A program made the position numbers and the translations under genes. A DNA stretch of 64,000 bases from the NCBI GenBank assembly GCA_028288925.1, contig JAQGHG010000003.1, forward strand, positions 30,500-94,499, in the 5' to 3' direction. The notes beneath the pieces are model-generated. The model ran no database searches, was not told where the DNA came from, and saw nothing but the letters and a program-made list of their open reading frames with translations. Positions 18,785 through 28,613 of this stretch are shown one piece after another. The stretch is from Patescibacteria group bacterium. GTDB lineage: Bacteria; Patescibacteriota; Saccharimonadia; UBA4664. Positions within the stretch are counted from its first letter, which is position 1, and each line of letters starts with the position of its first letter.

Positions 18785-19836
18785 GCGGCCAGAACCACAT
18801 CGGCCAACGCACGCCGCACAGCGTTAATCTCGTCGCGATTCTCGGGTCGGTGTGGCCAGGTTAGGTTTGAAAGGTGTACGAGCGCCGCCTGCCTCTTGGG
18901 GTCAATCACCACGAGGCAGCCGGTAAAACCAGTTTTGCCAAACTTCTGGTCGCTGCCGGCGCCGCCCATTACCTTGGCAAAGTTCAGCTCCCAGCCCAGA
19001 CCGGTACTCTCGCCAAGCCGGGCAATTTGGTTCGTGTGCATTAGGATAATTGTCTCGGGCGTAAAGATCCGCCGGCCGTCCCAGCTACCCTCGTTGAGCA
19101 ATAATTATTCAAACTTCAAAACATCTCCAGTCGTCGAAAACAAGCCCGCGTGACCAGGCGGTTTACCCGATTCCCGTAATGCCCATCCAGCCTCATCGTG
19201 CACGCTCCCCCGTACCTCGCCACGCCAATCTACCTCAGTGGGAGCAACCGCTTCGGCGGGGAGGCCAGGGTGGAACGTCGTGTTCTTCATGCCGAGAGGC
19301 TTAAAAAACAGCTCCTGGGCGACTTCATCAAGGGGCCTGCCGCAAATCCGCTCAACTATCAAGCCCAGCAAGATAGCGGGGGAGTTAGTATAGTGGTAGC
19401 GCTCACCGGGTGGTGCCAGGAGTGGGCAAGTGAATAGTCGCTCTAATAGTTGGTCCGGTGTCTCCCTCGCCACCTTCGCCAACCCTCCTGGTAGGTCAAA
19501 AATCACAGTATAAGTCAGCAGGTGCCGGATCAGTATCCGCTCACGGAATTCATTCTGCAGCTCCGGCACATAGGCAATCGCCTGGTCGTCCAAGGCGACC
19601 CGGCCGTCCTCGAGCAGCTTGAGTATAATCGAGCTAGTCGGTATTGACTTCGTAATAGAAGCCACATCGTATGTCGTCTCCGCGGTGACTGCCGGCGCGC
19701 CCGCTTCGTAGGTGAGGCGCCCAAAGGCTCGCACCTCCGTCTTGCCTCGTCGGATCCATCCCACCGTGCAGCCGGGGAACACCCGCTCGCGGATCGCTCG
19801 CTCACAGATCTGTTCGACCTGAGCGGTTACGCTCAA
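18781..19836 (-). pseudogene. Class-C beta-lactamase / serine-hydrolase family gene interrupted by a single in-frame TAA stop (at 19105-19107).
   Basis: Upstream ORF 19105..19836 carries SITKS (SxxK) and YHYTNS (YxN). The in-frame downstream ORF 18781..19101 carries the KTG box (FGKTGFTG). The two ORFs share one frame and are separated only by TAA. Confidence 0.7.
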
Positions 19837-20819
19837 ACTACCGCGCCCATCGGCCGGGAGCCGCTCTGCCGCTGCCAGGTCGCCGCCGAATCAAACTGCA
19901 GCAGCGCCCGCGCCACACGCGTACGGCCGGCCGCTTGATGCCGGGCCACGGCCTCGGCCAGCGATTCGTGCGACAGCTCCATGTCGTGCAAAAAGAAAGC
20001 GTCGTCGCCGTAAGTACGCAAGAACTGCGCCGAGAAACCACCCGGGCTCAAGGCCTGCACGCGGTGCGCCAGCAGCACTAGAGCCTCGTATTGATCACGC
20101 TGAAGCTTTGAGATACCCTGGAGCGGCCGCGCTGTGTCCAGCGTCCGCTGAAAGCTGCTAGCCAACGTCAAGAATTCCGCGTCCACCCCCAGCAACACAT
20201 CCAGCGCGTCATCCATAGCCTCCGTCTGGGTGGGGGAGACGGTGGCGCGCGCCAGCCGCCGCATATCAACCTCGTGCTTGGCCAAAAACGCTTCCATCGA
20301 CTGCCAGCTCGCCGCCACGCGGTCCTCCAATTCCGTCTTGGGTTTAAGGCCGAAATCTCCCGGCGCCACCTGGCCGGTGTAGTCCACCAATAAGCTCGAC
20401 GGGGGGAGCTCCGCTACCAATGCCCCCACAGCCGTCTCGCTCAGCTCAGAAGTCAGGTAAAGGCTGAAGCAGTTGGCCGGAATCATGCCTAGCTGCTTTG
20501 GCCGCACCAAAAAAGCCGTCGCCTCAGGATCATCATGCGGGGCCTCCGCGGCCAGATTCATGTGCTGCATTTGCGTAATGGTATAGGTATACTTCAAAAT
20601 CTCGACGGCGTTCGTGGAAAATGCCCGCCGGCGCTGCAATGTCCGGGAGAGCTTGAGCCACTGCTTTTGAGCCAAAGGCAGCATAGCCGCGGGTTGGTCG
20701 CATACAATGATAGCCTTCCCCAAATGCTGCCGCGCCTGCAGATGGCGCATTACATCCGCCATCATATTTGCCGCTGCGTTTCGGACGCGCCGCCGGTTCT
20801 CCAGATAATGTACAGCCAT
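19833..20819 (-). CDS. Uncharacterised 328-aa protein, co-operonic with radC and the bla-like gene.
   Basis: No recognisable motif. 4-nt overlap with the downstream gene, 38-nt gap to radC. Confidence 0.5.
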   Translation of the reverse strand: MAVHYLENRRRVRNAAANMMADVMRHLQARQHLGKAIIVCDQPAAMLPLAQKQWLKLSRTLQRRRAFSTNAVEILKYTYTITQMQHMNLAAEAPHDDPEATAFLVRPKQLGMIPANCFSLYLTSELSETAVGALVAELPPSSLLVDYTGQVAPGDFGLKPKTELEDRVAASWQSMEAFLAKHEVDMRRLARATVSPTQTEAMDDALDVLLGVDAEFLTLASSFQRTLDTARPLQGISKLQRDQYEALVLLAHRVQALSPGGFSAQFLRTYGDDAFFLHDMELSHESLAEAVARHQAAGRTRVARALLQFDSAATWQRQSGSRPMGAVV

Positions 20820-20856
20820 AAACCCAACCCTTCTCTCTTAATCCAACGAAGTCCTT

Positions 20857-21528
20857 CTATAGTAAGTGGTGCTGGCGAAAACTAAAATAGTCCGTTTTCG
20901 TCAAAATAATATGATCTCGCAGTGATACTCCCAACAAAAGTCCGGAAGCCACCAGCTGTTGGGTCAGGGTAATATCGTGCTGGCTGGGCTGCAGATCACC
21001 CGACGGATGATTGTGCGCCACGATCACGCTCGCCGCCCGGTCCATCAGGGCGTCAGCGAACACCTCACGGGGATGTGCCAAGACCGCGTCAAGGGTGCCG
21101 ATAGTGATGATGCGCTGAGTGATCAAGCGCTGGCCGCCGTCCAGCGACAGCGCCACCAAATACTCCTGCTGCTTGGAGCGGATGTCATCGAGATGAGCCA
21201 CGATCTCGCTCATGGTGCGCAACGGCATGGCGCCCTTCACCAGGTGGCGCTTAGCCAGCTCTAGAGCGGCCAGGATCTTGCCTGCCCGCGCCATGCTCAC
21301 GCCATGCAAACTCACTAGGGATTCGTAGGTCACGGCCTGCATGCCCTTTTGCATGAGCTTTTGAATCTGGCGGGCAATCTGGCCTACATCCGCGCCCGGC
21401 GTCCCATTGCCCAATATCACCTCCAGCAACTCGAAATCTGAAAGCGCGGCCGCCCCCTTGCGCCGCAACTTCTCACGCGGACGGTCAAGGGCTGGAATCT
21501 GGGAAATGCGTCGACGGTTTGGCATCAC
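20857..21528 (-). CDS. radC: RadC-family JAB/MPN-domain protein.
   Basis: HNHPSG JAMM motif and N-terminal HhH-like region. Confidence 0.85.
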   Translation of the reverse strand: MMPNRRRISQIPALDRPREKLRRKGAAALSDFELLEVILGNGTPGADVGQIARQIQKLMQKGMQAVTYESLVSLHGVSMARAGKILAALELAKRHLVKGAMPLRTMSEIVAHLDDIRSKQQEYLVALSLDGGQRLITQRIITIGTLDAVLAHPREVFADALMDRAASVIVAHNHPSGDLQPSQHDITLTQQLVASGLLLGVSLRDHIILTKTDYFSFRQHHLL

Positions 21529-21566
21529 TTCAGATTGTAGCAGAGCCGAGCCAAAATCCGAGACCT

Positions 21567-22073
21567 TTAGCCCTGCGGCCGCAAATGCACCGGCTGATGA
21601 TATCGCGGCACTACTCGTAGAGGTAGCTGGATACCATCAAACGCCGTCTTGGCCTCTTGGCGAAGTACGCCGCCCACCACCTCCGGTCGGTAGTCCCAAT
21701 CCTGAGCCAGCTGCGCGATCCGGACCTTGCGTTGACGAAAGATATGCGGCAAATCATCGCGCGACAACGCGTAGACTATTCGCGGAATATTCGAAAAAAA
21801 GATCGCGGCCGAGCACATCGGGCAAGGCTCCATCGAAGAATAAATGATGCAGTCGCTCAAGTCGCGCCGTTCAAGCATGCGGCAGGCCGCGCTCACCGCG
21901 ATCGTCTCCGCGTGAGCGGTGACGTCCGCGAGCTGCCCTTCGCTGTTCTCGGCCGACACCAACACCGTACCCTCGCGTACGATCACCGCCCCAAACGGCA
22001 GGTCGCCATGCTCCCTCGCAAGCCGGGCTTGCTCCAGGGCCAATCGCATGTACTCTTCCTTGATCCAATTCAT
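21567..22073 (-). CDS. Nucleoside/tRNA adenosine deaminase (CDA fold, TadA-like).
   Basis: HAETIA ... PCPMCSAAI zinc-binding motifs. Confidence 0.8.
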   Translation of the reverse strand: MNWIKEEYMRLALEQARLAREHGDLPFGAVIVREGTVLVSAENSEGQLADVTAHAETIAVSAACRMLERRDLSDCIIYSSMEPCPMCSAAIFFSNIPRIVYALSRDDLPHIFRQRKVRIAQLAQDWDYRPEVVGGVLRQEAKTAFDGIQLPLRVVPRYHQPVHLRPQG

Positions 22074-22185
22074 GATACAGATTACTGTACTGCGGATCTT
22101 TCAACAGCACAAGCGTAATGATCCTGAGCCCCGGTCGCTTCCTCAGCCGGCAGGACCCCGCGCGATTCCCAAAAAGGCGGCGTCG

Positions 22186-23229
22186 CTAATCCTCCGGCTG
22201 CTCCTCGTCCAGCCGCTCCCGAAAAGCCAACTCCCGCTCGGCCGCGTATGTCTCCTCGGCTTCCGCCCCGGCCTTCACCTGCGGCAACACCTCGCGCTCA
22301 TAAAACCGCAAAAACTCGGCTTGGCGCGGCCCGATCTGGTGCACGTATACGTGGTCATAACCAGCATCAATGAATGCCTGAATCGCCCCGATGTGGCGTT
22401 GCGGATCCGGGCCCAGTGCCACATGCTCCGTAGCCGCCTCGGGCGTAAGCATCTTGGCTAACTGTTCAAAGTAGGCCGGCAGCCTCAGCTCCGAAGCCGC
22501 CTGCCCCGGTATTCCCGCGTTCGGCCAGTACCGGAAAGCTATCTCGCGGGCCTCCTCCTCGGTTTCGGCGTAGCAGACATTTACCTGACCGTACTTTGGT
22601 TTACCCCGGCCGCCACCTTCCTCAAACGCCTGGACGAGCTCCCGCTCCGGCGCCACCGATACGAAGCCGTCACCCACCATCCCGGCCATCCCCGCCGAGG
22701 TCACGCCGAATCCGGACACCACAATCTCCGGCAGTTGCCGGGGCAAGGTGTAAAGCTTAGCCTTCTCCACGCTAAAGTAGCCGCCCATGTAGTTCACCCA
22801 ATCGCCCCGCCACAGCTCGCGGATAATATCTATGGCCTCCATCAGCATCTCTCGCCGGACATCAATATGCGGCCACACTTCGCCGGTAATATGCTCATTC
22901 AAATACTCACCCGTGCCCACACCTAGCACAAAGCGTCCCTCCAGAAGCGCCGCCGAAGTCGCCGCCGCCTGGGCCACAATCGCCGGGTGCAGCCGCCCAA
23001 TCGGGCACACTACCTCCACCAGCACTTCAATCCGCTCAGTCACCTGCGCGATACCCCCCAGCACCGACCACACGAAAGGGCTCTGCCCCTGTTGCTCTAC
23101 CCATGGGTGGAAGTGGTCCGAGATTCCCACAAAATCAAACCCCACTTGCTCCGCCCGCCGGGCGTTATCTATCAAGACCTGCGGCGGGTGTTCCTCGCTC
23201 GATAACGTATAACCAATCCTTGCCGTCAT
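22186..23229 (-). CDS. LLM-class (luciferase-like) flavin/F420-dependent oxidoreductase.
   Basis: TIM-barrel LLM pattern (GFDFVGISDHFHPW, LGVGTGEYLNE). Length 347 aa. Confidence 0.65.
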   Translation of the reverse strand: MTARIGYTLSSEEHPPQVLIDNARRAEQVGFDFVGISDHFHPWVEQQGQSPFVWSVLGGIAQVTERIEVLVEVVCPIGRLHPAIVAQAAATSAALLEGRFVLGVGTGEYLNEHITGEVWPHIDVRREMLMEAIDIIRELWRGDWVNYMGGYFSVEKAKLYTLPRQLPEIVVSGFGVTSAGMAGMVGDGFVSVAPERELVQAFEEGGGRGKPKYGQVNVCYAETEEEAREIAFRYWPNAGIPGQAASELRLPAYFEQLAKMLTPEAATEHVALGPDPQRHIGAIQAFIDAGYDHVYVHQIGPRQAEFLRFYEREVLPQVKAGAEAEETYAAERELAFRERLDEEQPED

Positions 23230-23378
23230 AATGATGCCCTCCGGTAAATCTCATTACCGGTGTTATATACCCGGAATATCCGGATATCCATGGGCAGACT
23301 GACAGCTTAAGCGGCAATAGTTACCATCTAACTCAACATAAAGCATTATGGTAAAGTAGCCTCAAAAGGGAGAATTCT

Positions 23379-24563
23379 TTGAATGGCATGATCGAAAAAC
23401 GTATAATCCATCAAATCTTCCGCCAAATCCACCATGGCGCCATGACTGTCAGCTACTGGGACGGCACCAGTGTCGCGTACGGCCGGGGCGAGCCTTATTT
23501 CCAGATGGCCATCAAGACCCCGGCCGCCGTCCGGGCCATCTTGCGCAATATGACGCTCGGCTTCTGCGAGAGTTACATGAACGGGCGCATCGACATCGAC
23601 GGCCCGCTCGAAAACATTGGCCGGCTCGTCTCCGAAAACAACCGCGCCTTCAGCAAGCTCTCCTTCAACCGCTTCACCAGGCTGCGCGCGCCAAACTCAC
23701 GCCGCCGGCAACCGCGCCAAATCCAGCACCACTACGATCTGGGAAACGATTTCTACAAACTCTGGCTTGACCGCTCCATGACTTACAGCTGCGCCTACTT
23801 TCATACGCCCGAAGATACCTTGGAGGCCGCCCAGCAGCAAAAAGTCGGCCACATCCTGCGCAAACTTCAGCTCTCTCCGGGCCAGCGCCTGCTCGATATC
23901 GGCTCCGGCTGGGGCGCGCTGCTCATCACCGCGGCCCAGCGCTACGGCGTCACCGGCCACGGCATCACCCTCAGCAAGGAGCAATACGCGCATTCCCAGG
24001 CCGCCGCCGAGCAAGCCGGCGTGGCCGGGCAGGTCACCTTTGAGCTCACCAACTACCAGGACCTGGCCGAGCAGCCCGTAGAATTCGACCGTATCGTCAG
24101 CGTAGGCATGTACGAGCACGTCGGCCGCCACAACCAAGACAACTACTTTTCGGCCGTCGGACGCCTACTCGCACCCGGCGGGCTCTCCGTCCTGCACACC
24201 ATCACCAATCAATTCGAAACCACTCCCGACCCCTGGATCGACAAATACATCTTCCCCGGCGGCTACATTCCGGCCGTCCGCGAAGTCGTCCACAAACTTC
24301 CCCGGCACAATTTCCACCTCACCGACTACGAAAACCTCCGCCTCCACTACGCCCTCACGCTCGAGGAGTGGCTACGCCGCTTCGAACGCCAAGAGCCCGC
24401 CATTCTCCAGATGTACGACGAACGCTTCTGCCGGATGTGGCGCATGTACCTAGCCAGCTCGGCCGCCGGCTTCCGCTACGGCGACCTCAGTCTGTCGCAA
24501 TTCACCTTTACCAAGGGCCTCGGCAACGACCTACCCCTCACGCGCGAGTATCTCTACCGCTAG
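23379..24563 (+). CDS. cfa: Cyclopropane-fatty-acyl-phospholipid synthase family SAM-dependent methyltransferase.
   Basis: HYDLGNDFYKLWLD and LLDIGSGWG (SAM motif I). CFA-synthase-like length. Confidence 0.85.
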   Translation: MNGMIEKRIIHQIFRQIHHGAMTVSYWDGTSVAYGRGEPYFQMAIKTPAAVRAILRNMTLGFCESYMNGRIDIDGPLENIGRLVSENNRAFSKLSFNRFTRLRAPNSRRRQPRQIQHHYDLGNDFYKLWLDRSMTYSCAYFHTPEDTLEAAQQQKVGHILRKLQLSPGQRLLDIGSGWGALLITAAQRYGVTGHGITLSKEQYAHSQAAAEQAGVAGQVTFELTNYQDLAEQPVEFDRIVSVGMYEHVGRHNQDNYFSAVGRLLAPGGLSVLHTITNQFETTPDPWIDKYIFPGGYIPAVREVVHKLPRHNFHLTDYENLRLHYALTLEEWLRRFERQEPAILQMYDERFCRMWRMYLASSAAGFRYGDLSLSQFTFTKGLGNDLPLTREYLYR

Positions 24564-24644
24564 GTGATACAAAAGCGCCTCTTCCGTCCGCTAATCCGAT
24601 GGAGTATGCTACTCGCATTGTCTAAAGCGAGCGCGGGAGGGTAG

Positions 24645-25253
24645 GTGATGGAGGAACTCCAACAACTCAAAGTCCTTGCCGAACGGCGTGCGCCCGGCGC
24701 CTTGCCGTTTATCGAGGTTTACCTTATCTTGCTCGCGAACCTCGAAACCGGCCTCGGCCAAGGTATATTCGAAGATCCGGCTAGTATCGCGGCCCTATCG
24801 GAAGACTTTCTCCTGTACTTCATCGTCCCGCTCAAGGCCACCCTGGAAGGCGAACGGCCCGAGACCCCCTGGAGCTATTTCGTCCGTGCCTCGCGAGGTT
24901 TGCCGTCCCAGCCCCTCCTTATCGTACTCACTGGGATGTACATCCATATTCTCCTCGATCTACCCCGGGCTCTCGACCGGGCCGCCGGCCTCAGGCCGGC
25001 CGACTACCGCCGCTTCAACCATGTTATCCAAGCCTCAGTCGGTCCTAGCCTCGCGCTCCTGGCACACCAGCATCACAGTATCGCGGCGCGCATACTGAGC
25101 CGGGCGTCGCTTCCGGGCGCTGCTCTCGCCCACCACGTTATCAAATCAATGCGCCGTATCGCGTGGCACCGGCATATTCTCGGCAGCTACGCGGGAACAT
25201 CCGTCTTGAGCCCCACGGCTAAGCGCCCAAAGAACTCCTTCGAATATTCATAA
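24645..25253 (+). CDS. Hypothetical protein (202 aa).
   Basis: ORF only. The 3' 67 nt overlap the convergent HD-domain gene. Confidence 0.3.
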   Translation: MMEELQQLKVLAERRAPGALPFIEVYLILLANLETGLGQGIFEDPASIAALSEDFLLYFIVPLKATLEGERPETPWSYFVRASRGLPSQPLLIVLTGMYIHILLDLPRALDRAAGLRPADYRRFNHVIQASVGPSLALLAHQHHSIAARILSRASLPGAALAHHVIKSMRRIAWHRHILGSYAGTSVLSPTAKRPKNSFEYS

Positions 25254-25807
25254 TCATCCTTTGCCAGTTCGCGCGCTTCCGGCGTCGAAATCGACTCCCA
25301 TTTGCGCCGCAGGTGGCCACCCGTGTAGAAATCTGCCACGATCTCGTCCAAGGTGTCGCCCTTGAGCGTCCGCACCATGATGATCCGCGCGACGCCCATG
25401 GGCCCAAAAACATCGAGTTTGTCAGCGTCGCGCAGCAGCGTAGTCTCGACCGGCTCGCCGGTCTTTTTGAATTTCGGATCCGAGCCATGATTGGCGATCG
25501 AATCCAAAACCGCCTCGATCTTCGCCGCCGGAAAATCAATCTCGCGCAGCACTTCGCTCGCGATTTTGTGATCGAAGTCGTGATAATCCTCGCCCGTCCG
25601 CTCCGGGTAGTAGGCGGCCATATCGTGCAGCAACGCCGCACCCGCCAAAACTTCCGCGTCATACGTCGCATCCAGCTTAGCAGCGAGCTTCACGGCGTAC
25701 TGGTAAACCCGCCAATGATGGTCCGGTCCGTGGCTCTTGAGCGGGCCGGCCGCTTCCGCATACCGGCGTTTGTTGGCTTCCAAAAGGGCTTGTTCGAGCT
25801 TATTCAT
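25187..25807 (-). CDS. HD-domain phosphohydrolase.
   Basis: H...HD metal-binding motif (HHWRV ... LLHDM). Confidence 0.7.
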   Translation of the reverse strand: MNKLEQALLEANKRRYAEAAGPLKSHGPDHHWRVYQYAVKLAAKLDATYDAEVLAGAALLHDMAAYYPERTGEDYHDFDHKIASEVLREIDFPAAKIEAVLDSIANHGSDPKFKKTGEPVETTLLRDADKLDVFGPMGVARIIMVRTLKGDTLDEIVADFYTGGHLRRKWESISTPEARELAKDDYEYSKEFFGRLAVGLKTDVPA

Positions 25808-26727
25808 ACCCTTAACCGCTCCAAATCACGCTTAATAATCTCCTTGCGCAGCCACACCCGGTCCGCAACGGTGACGGAGCCGTCAAACTTTACCTCCAGA
25901 AGCTCCTCTAGCCACACTTGAACCGCCGGACTACTCGTCACGAAATAGCTCTTCTTCTCGCCAATGCTAATAAGGTTGATAACCCTCTCCGGCTGCTCCG
26001 GCGCGAAATCATTGATGAAGCTCTCTCTATATTGCTCCAGCAAAGCCTTGCCATTCCATACGGCCACCTGTCCGGCCAAAATAGGGGAGGCAAACGTTTG
26101 GAAAGAAATCACCTTCGAATCATCCCGCACCGCCGCCACAGCGTCCTTCACGATGCCCGCCTCGCAAGCCTCAAAATATCGCGCCGGCCAGCCATCATCC
26201 AACCCGCCCCGCTTCATGAGGTCGGCGTAAGCCTCCTTGTCGCGCTGCGACGTCACTTGCGCGCTAAGGTTGAGCGTGTTATCCAAGATCCCGCATACGA
26301 GCAGCTTGGCGCTCACCTGGGTCATCTTGTCGAGCAGTCCGGCCCGCTTCCATGCTTCGTACACCAAGGTGCAGGCGGCGCCGATGAAGTCGATATGCGC
26401 AGCTTCGCCAATCCGCCCGTGCCAGTACTCCTCGAAGCCGGGATGATGATCGAGCACGCCCTCAACCCGCTCCGGATCTACAAACGTCTCGAAAAATTCA
26501 GGATTCGAGAGGTCGATCAGAATATAGCTGTCGCTAGCCGAAGGCGTATAAGCCCGCTCCAATGCCACCGGCCAAGCCTGCACCAACGCCGGCACGCTCG
26601 CGTTAAGCGTAGCCGTGGTAACGGCCACAGCCTCATGGCCCTGCGCCCGGAGTAGCTCGGCATAAGCAATAATGCCGACGTAAACATCGATATCAGCATA
26701 GCGTTTGCCGGCGGTTACAACCTTCAT
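25804..26727 (-). CDS. DHH-family phosphoesterase (NrnA-like).
   Basis: VLDHHPG DHH motif and a DHHA1-like C-terminus. ATG at 26725-26727 is preceded by a TATAAT -10-like element 7 nt upstream (possibly a leaderless transcript). The ORF-track TTG start at 26757 is likely spurious. Confidence 0.7.
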   Translation of the reverse strand: MKVVTAGKRYADIDVYVGIIAYAELLRAQGHEAVAVTTATLNASVPALVQAWPVALERAYTPSASDSYILIDLSNPEFFETFVDPERVEGVLDHHPGFEEYWHGRIGEAAHIDFIGAACTLVYEAWKRAGLLDKMTQVSAKLLVCGILDNTLNLSAQVTSQRDKEAYADLMKRGGLDDGWPARYFEACEAGIVKDAVAAVRDDSKVISFQTFASPILAGQVAVWNGKALLEQYRESFINDFAPEQPERVINLISIGEKKSYFVTSSPAVQVWLEELLEVKFDGSVTVADRVWLRKEIIKRDLERLRV

Positions 26728-26855
26728 GATGTCATTATATCTCACCAAAAGTAACAATAATGTCCGCCAGCGCCCAAAATAATTGTGACATCGCCAGCAG
26801 ACCTGCCCGGCCGTCTCTGGTTAGCTAAGGGCCAGCTAATGCAAAGCGAGGGATT

Positions 26856-27431
26856 ATGCCGGTATCATTAAAGGACATGAAAGTCGCCATTCTGGCCACC
26901 AATATGGTGGAAGAGTCAGAACTAGTGGAGCCCCGCAAAGCCCTTGAGGAAGCCGGCGCCACCACCGAGCTCATTTCGCTCAAAAGCGGCGAGATCACCT
27001 GCGCCAAACATCTCGAGAAGGGCATTAAGCTCAAAGTTGACCGGTCGCTCGCCGACGCCGACACCTACGAATACGACGCCCTGTTACTGCCCGGCGGTGC
27101 CCTCAACGCCGACGCCCTGCGCATGGACGTGGCCGCCCAAAACTTCGCGCGTTCCTTCGACCTCGACGGCCGGCCTATCGCCGTGATCTGCCATGGCCCA
27201 TGGCTGCTGGTATCGGCCGGCCTCGTGCGCGAGCGCCGCCTCACCTCCTATCACGCCCTCCAAGACGACATCCGCAACGCCGGCGGTTACTGGGTGGACG
27301 CACCGTTCATCCGCGACATCAACTGGGTGAGCAGCCGTCACCCCGGCGACCTCCCCGTGTTCAACCAGGCCATGCTGGCCCTCTTCGCCGATCATACCTT
27401 CGAAGAGCCCATAATCGGCGCCGAAGACTAA
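26856..27431 (+). CDS. DJ-1/PfpI family protein (class-I glutamine amidotransferase-like).
   Basis: AVICHGP nucleophile elbow and PfpI-like length. Confidence 0.8.
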   Translation: MPVSLKDMKVAILATNMVEESELVEPRKALEEAGATTELISLKSGEITCAKHLEKGIKLKVDRSLADADTYEYDALLLPGGALNADALRMDVAAQNFARSFDLDGRPIAVICHGPWLLVSAGLVRERRLTSYHALQDDIRNAGGYWVDAPFIRDINWVSSRHPGDLPVFNQAMLALFADHTFEEPIIGAED

Positions 27432-27847
27432 GCCGGCAACACGCTTAATCGCGAATACGACAACTCGCCCCAACTATCGACCGTAAGCGCCGCTCCTTTG
27501 AGAGGTCGCTTATCATTATTGAACCGCGTAAAACCAATCACGGCACAACCGGCCGCTTTGCCAGCCGCCACACCAGCGGCAGAATCCTCTATAACAACAC
27601 ACTTTTTGCCATCTACACCTAGGCGCTCAGCGGCGAGTAAGTAAGCTTCCGGATCCGGCTTATGGTGAGCCACGTCCTGCCCTGTCACAAGCTGAGCGAA
27701 GTAGTCGCGAAGGCCCAGGGCTTCGAGCTTAATGCGCACTCCTTCTGCTTGGCCGGTGCTGGCGATAGCGCAGGGTATATTATGTCTCCTCAGCTCATCC
27801 AATAGCTCAATCAGGCTTGGGCTTGGTCCCAATAATGACCGTGGCAT
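27428..27847 (-). pseudogene. C-terminal fragment of a HAD-IA hydrolase. The N-terminal DxD and cap region are missing.
   Basis: Only motifs II-IV are present (ASTG, KPDPEAY, VVIEDSAAGVAAGKAAG). A stop codon sits immediately upstream of the first Met, and the region is occupied in another frame by the PrmC-like gene. Confidence 0.55.
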
Positions 27848-28613
27848 TTAGCTCGTCAGAGCTGGCTACTTGAGGGATTAGGCCGCTCTTGGCCAAGATT
27901 GCCGTGGCCTGAGACGCCTGGCGTTCGCTCACCTCCACCAGCAGGTGGCCGCCCAGAGCTAGCCACAGGGGAGCCGAGGCGGCTACTCGACGCAAGACGT
28001 CCAGCCCATCCTCGCCGCCGTCGAGAGCCACCTTTGGCTCATGTATGCGAGCCTCCGATGGCAAAAACTCAATCGCCGACGTAGGCACGTAAGGCACATT
28101 TGCTAGCAAGATATCGACACGCCCCTGCAACGTCGCTGGTAAGGGTTCAAAAAGGTCGCCTTCGTATACCTGGCCATTGACGGCAGACACATTCCGACGA
28201 GCGCATTCAACCTCGGTGGGATCAATGTCTGAAGCATGCAACTCAATAGTCCCCACCTTCGCGGCCAGCGCCACGCCCAGCGCGCCCGACCCGCAGCATA
28301 GGTCCACGACGACGGCTTCGGGGCGCGCCAGGCGCGCGGCCTGCTGCACAAGGAACTCGGTGCGATGGCGGGGGACGAATACCCCGGCTCCCACTGCTAT
28401 GCGGAGGCCGTCAAATTCCGCCCATCCCACGATATGCTCCAGGGGTAAGCCGGTAATGCGCCGCTCTACCATATCGGCCAGTTCTGACTCGCTCCGCGCC
28501 TCGCCCAGGAGCAGCTGAGCCTCCTCCTCGGCAAACACACAGCCTGCCTTGCGGAGCTGAGCGGTAATGAGGGCGTGGGTTGATGGTGTTTGGGAAGCTG
28601 GCATCGCCGGCAA
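27807..28613 (-). CDS. Protein N5-glutamine methyltransferase (PrmC/HemK)-like SAM-dependent methyltransferase.
   Basis: VDLCCGSGALG (motif I) and LANVPYVP (an NPPY variant). Confidence 0.7.
   Translation of the reverse strand: MPAMPASQTPSTHALITAQLRKAGCVFAEEEAQLLLGEARSESELADMVERRITGLPLEHIVGWAEFDGLRIAVGAGVFVPRHRTEFLVQQAARLARPEAVVVDLCCGSGALGVALAAKVGTIELHASDIDPTEVECARRNVSAVNGQVYEGDLFEPLPATLQGRVDILLANVPYVPTSAIEFLPSEARIHEPKVALDGGEDGLDVLRRVAASAPLWLALGGHLLVEVSERQASQATAILAKSGLIPQVASSDELNATVIIGTKPKPD

Noticed and set aside
24645-25253. 202-aa ORF downstream of cfa as a confident gene.
   Set aside because: No motif, and its 3' end overlaps the convergent HD-domain gene by 67 nt. It is retained only as a low-confidence feature.
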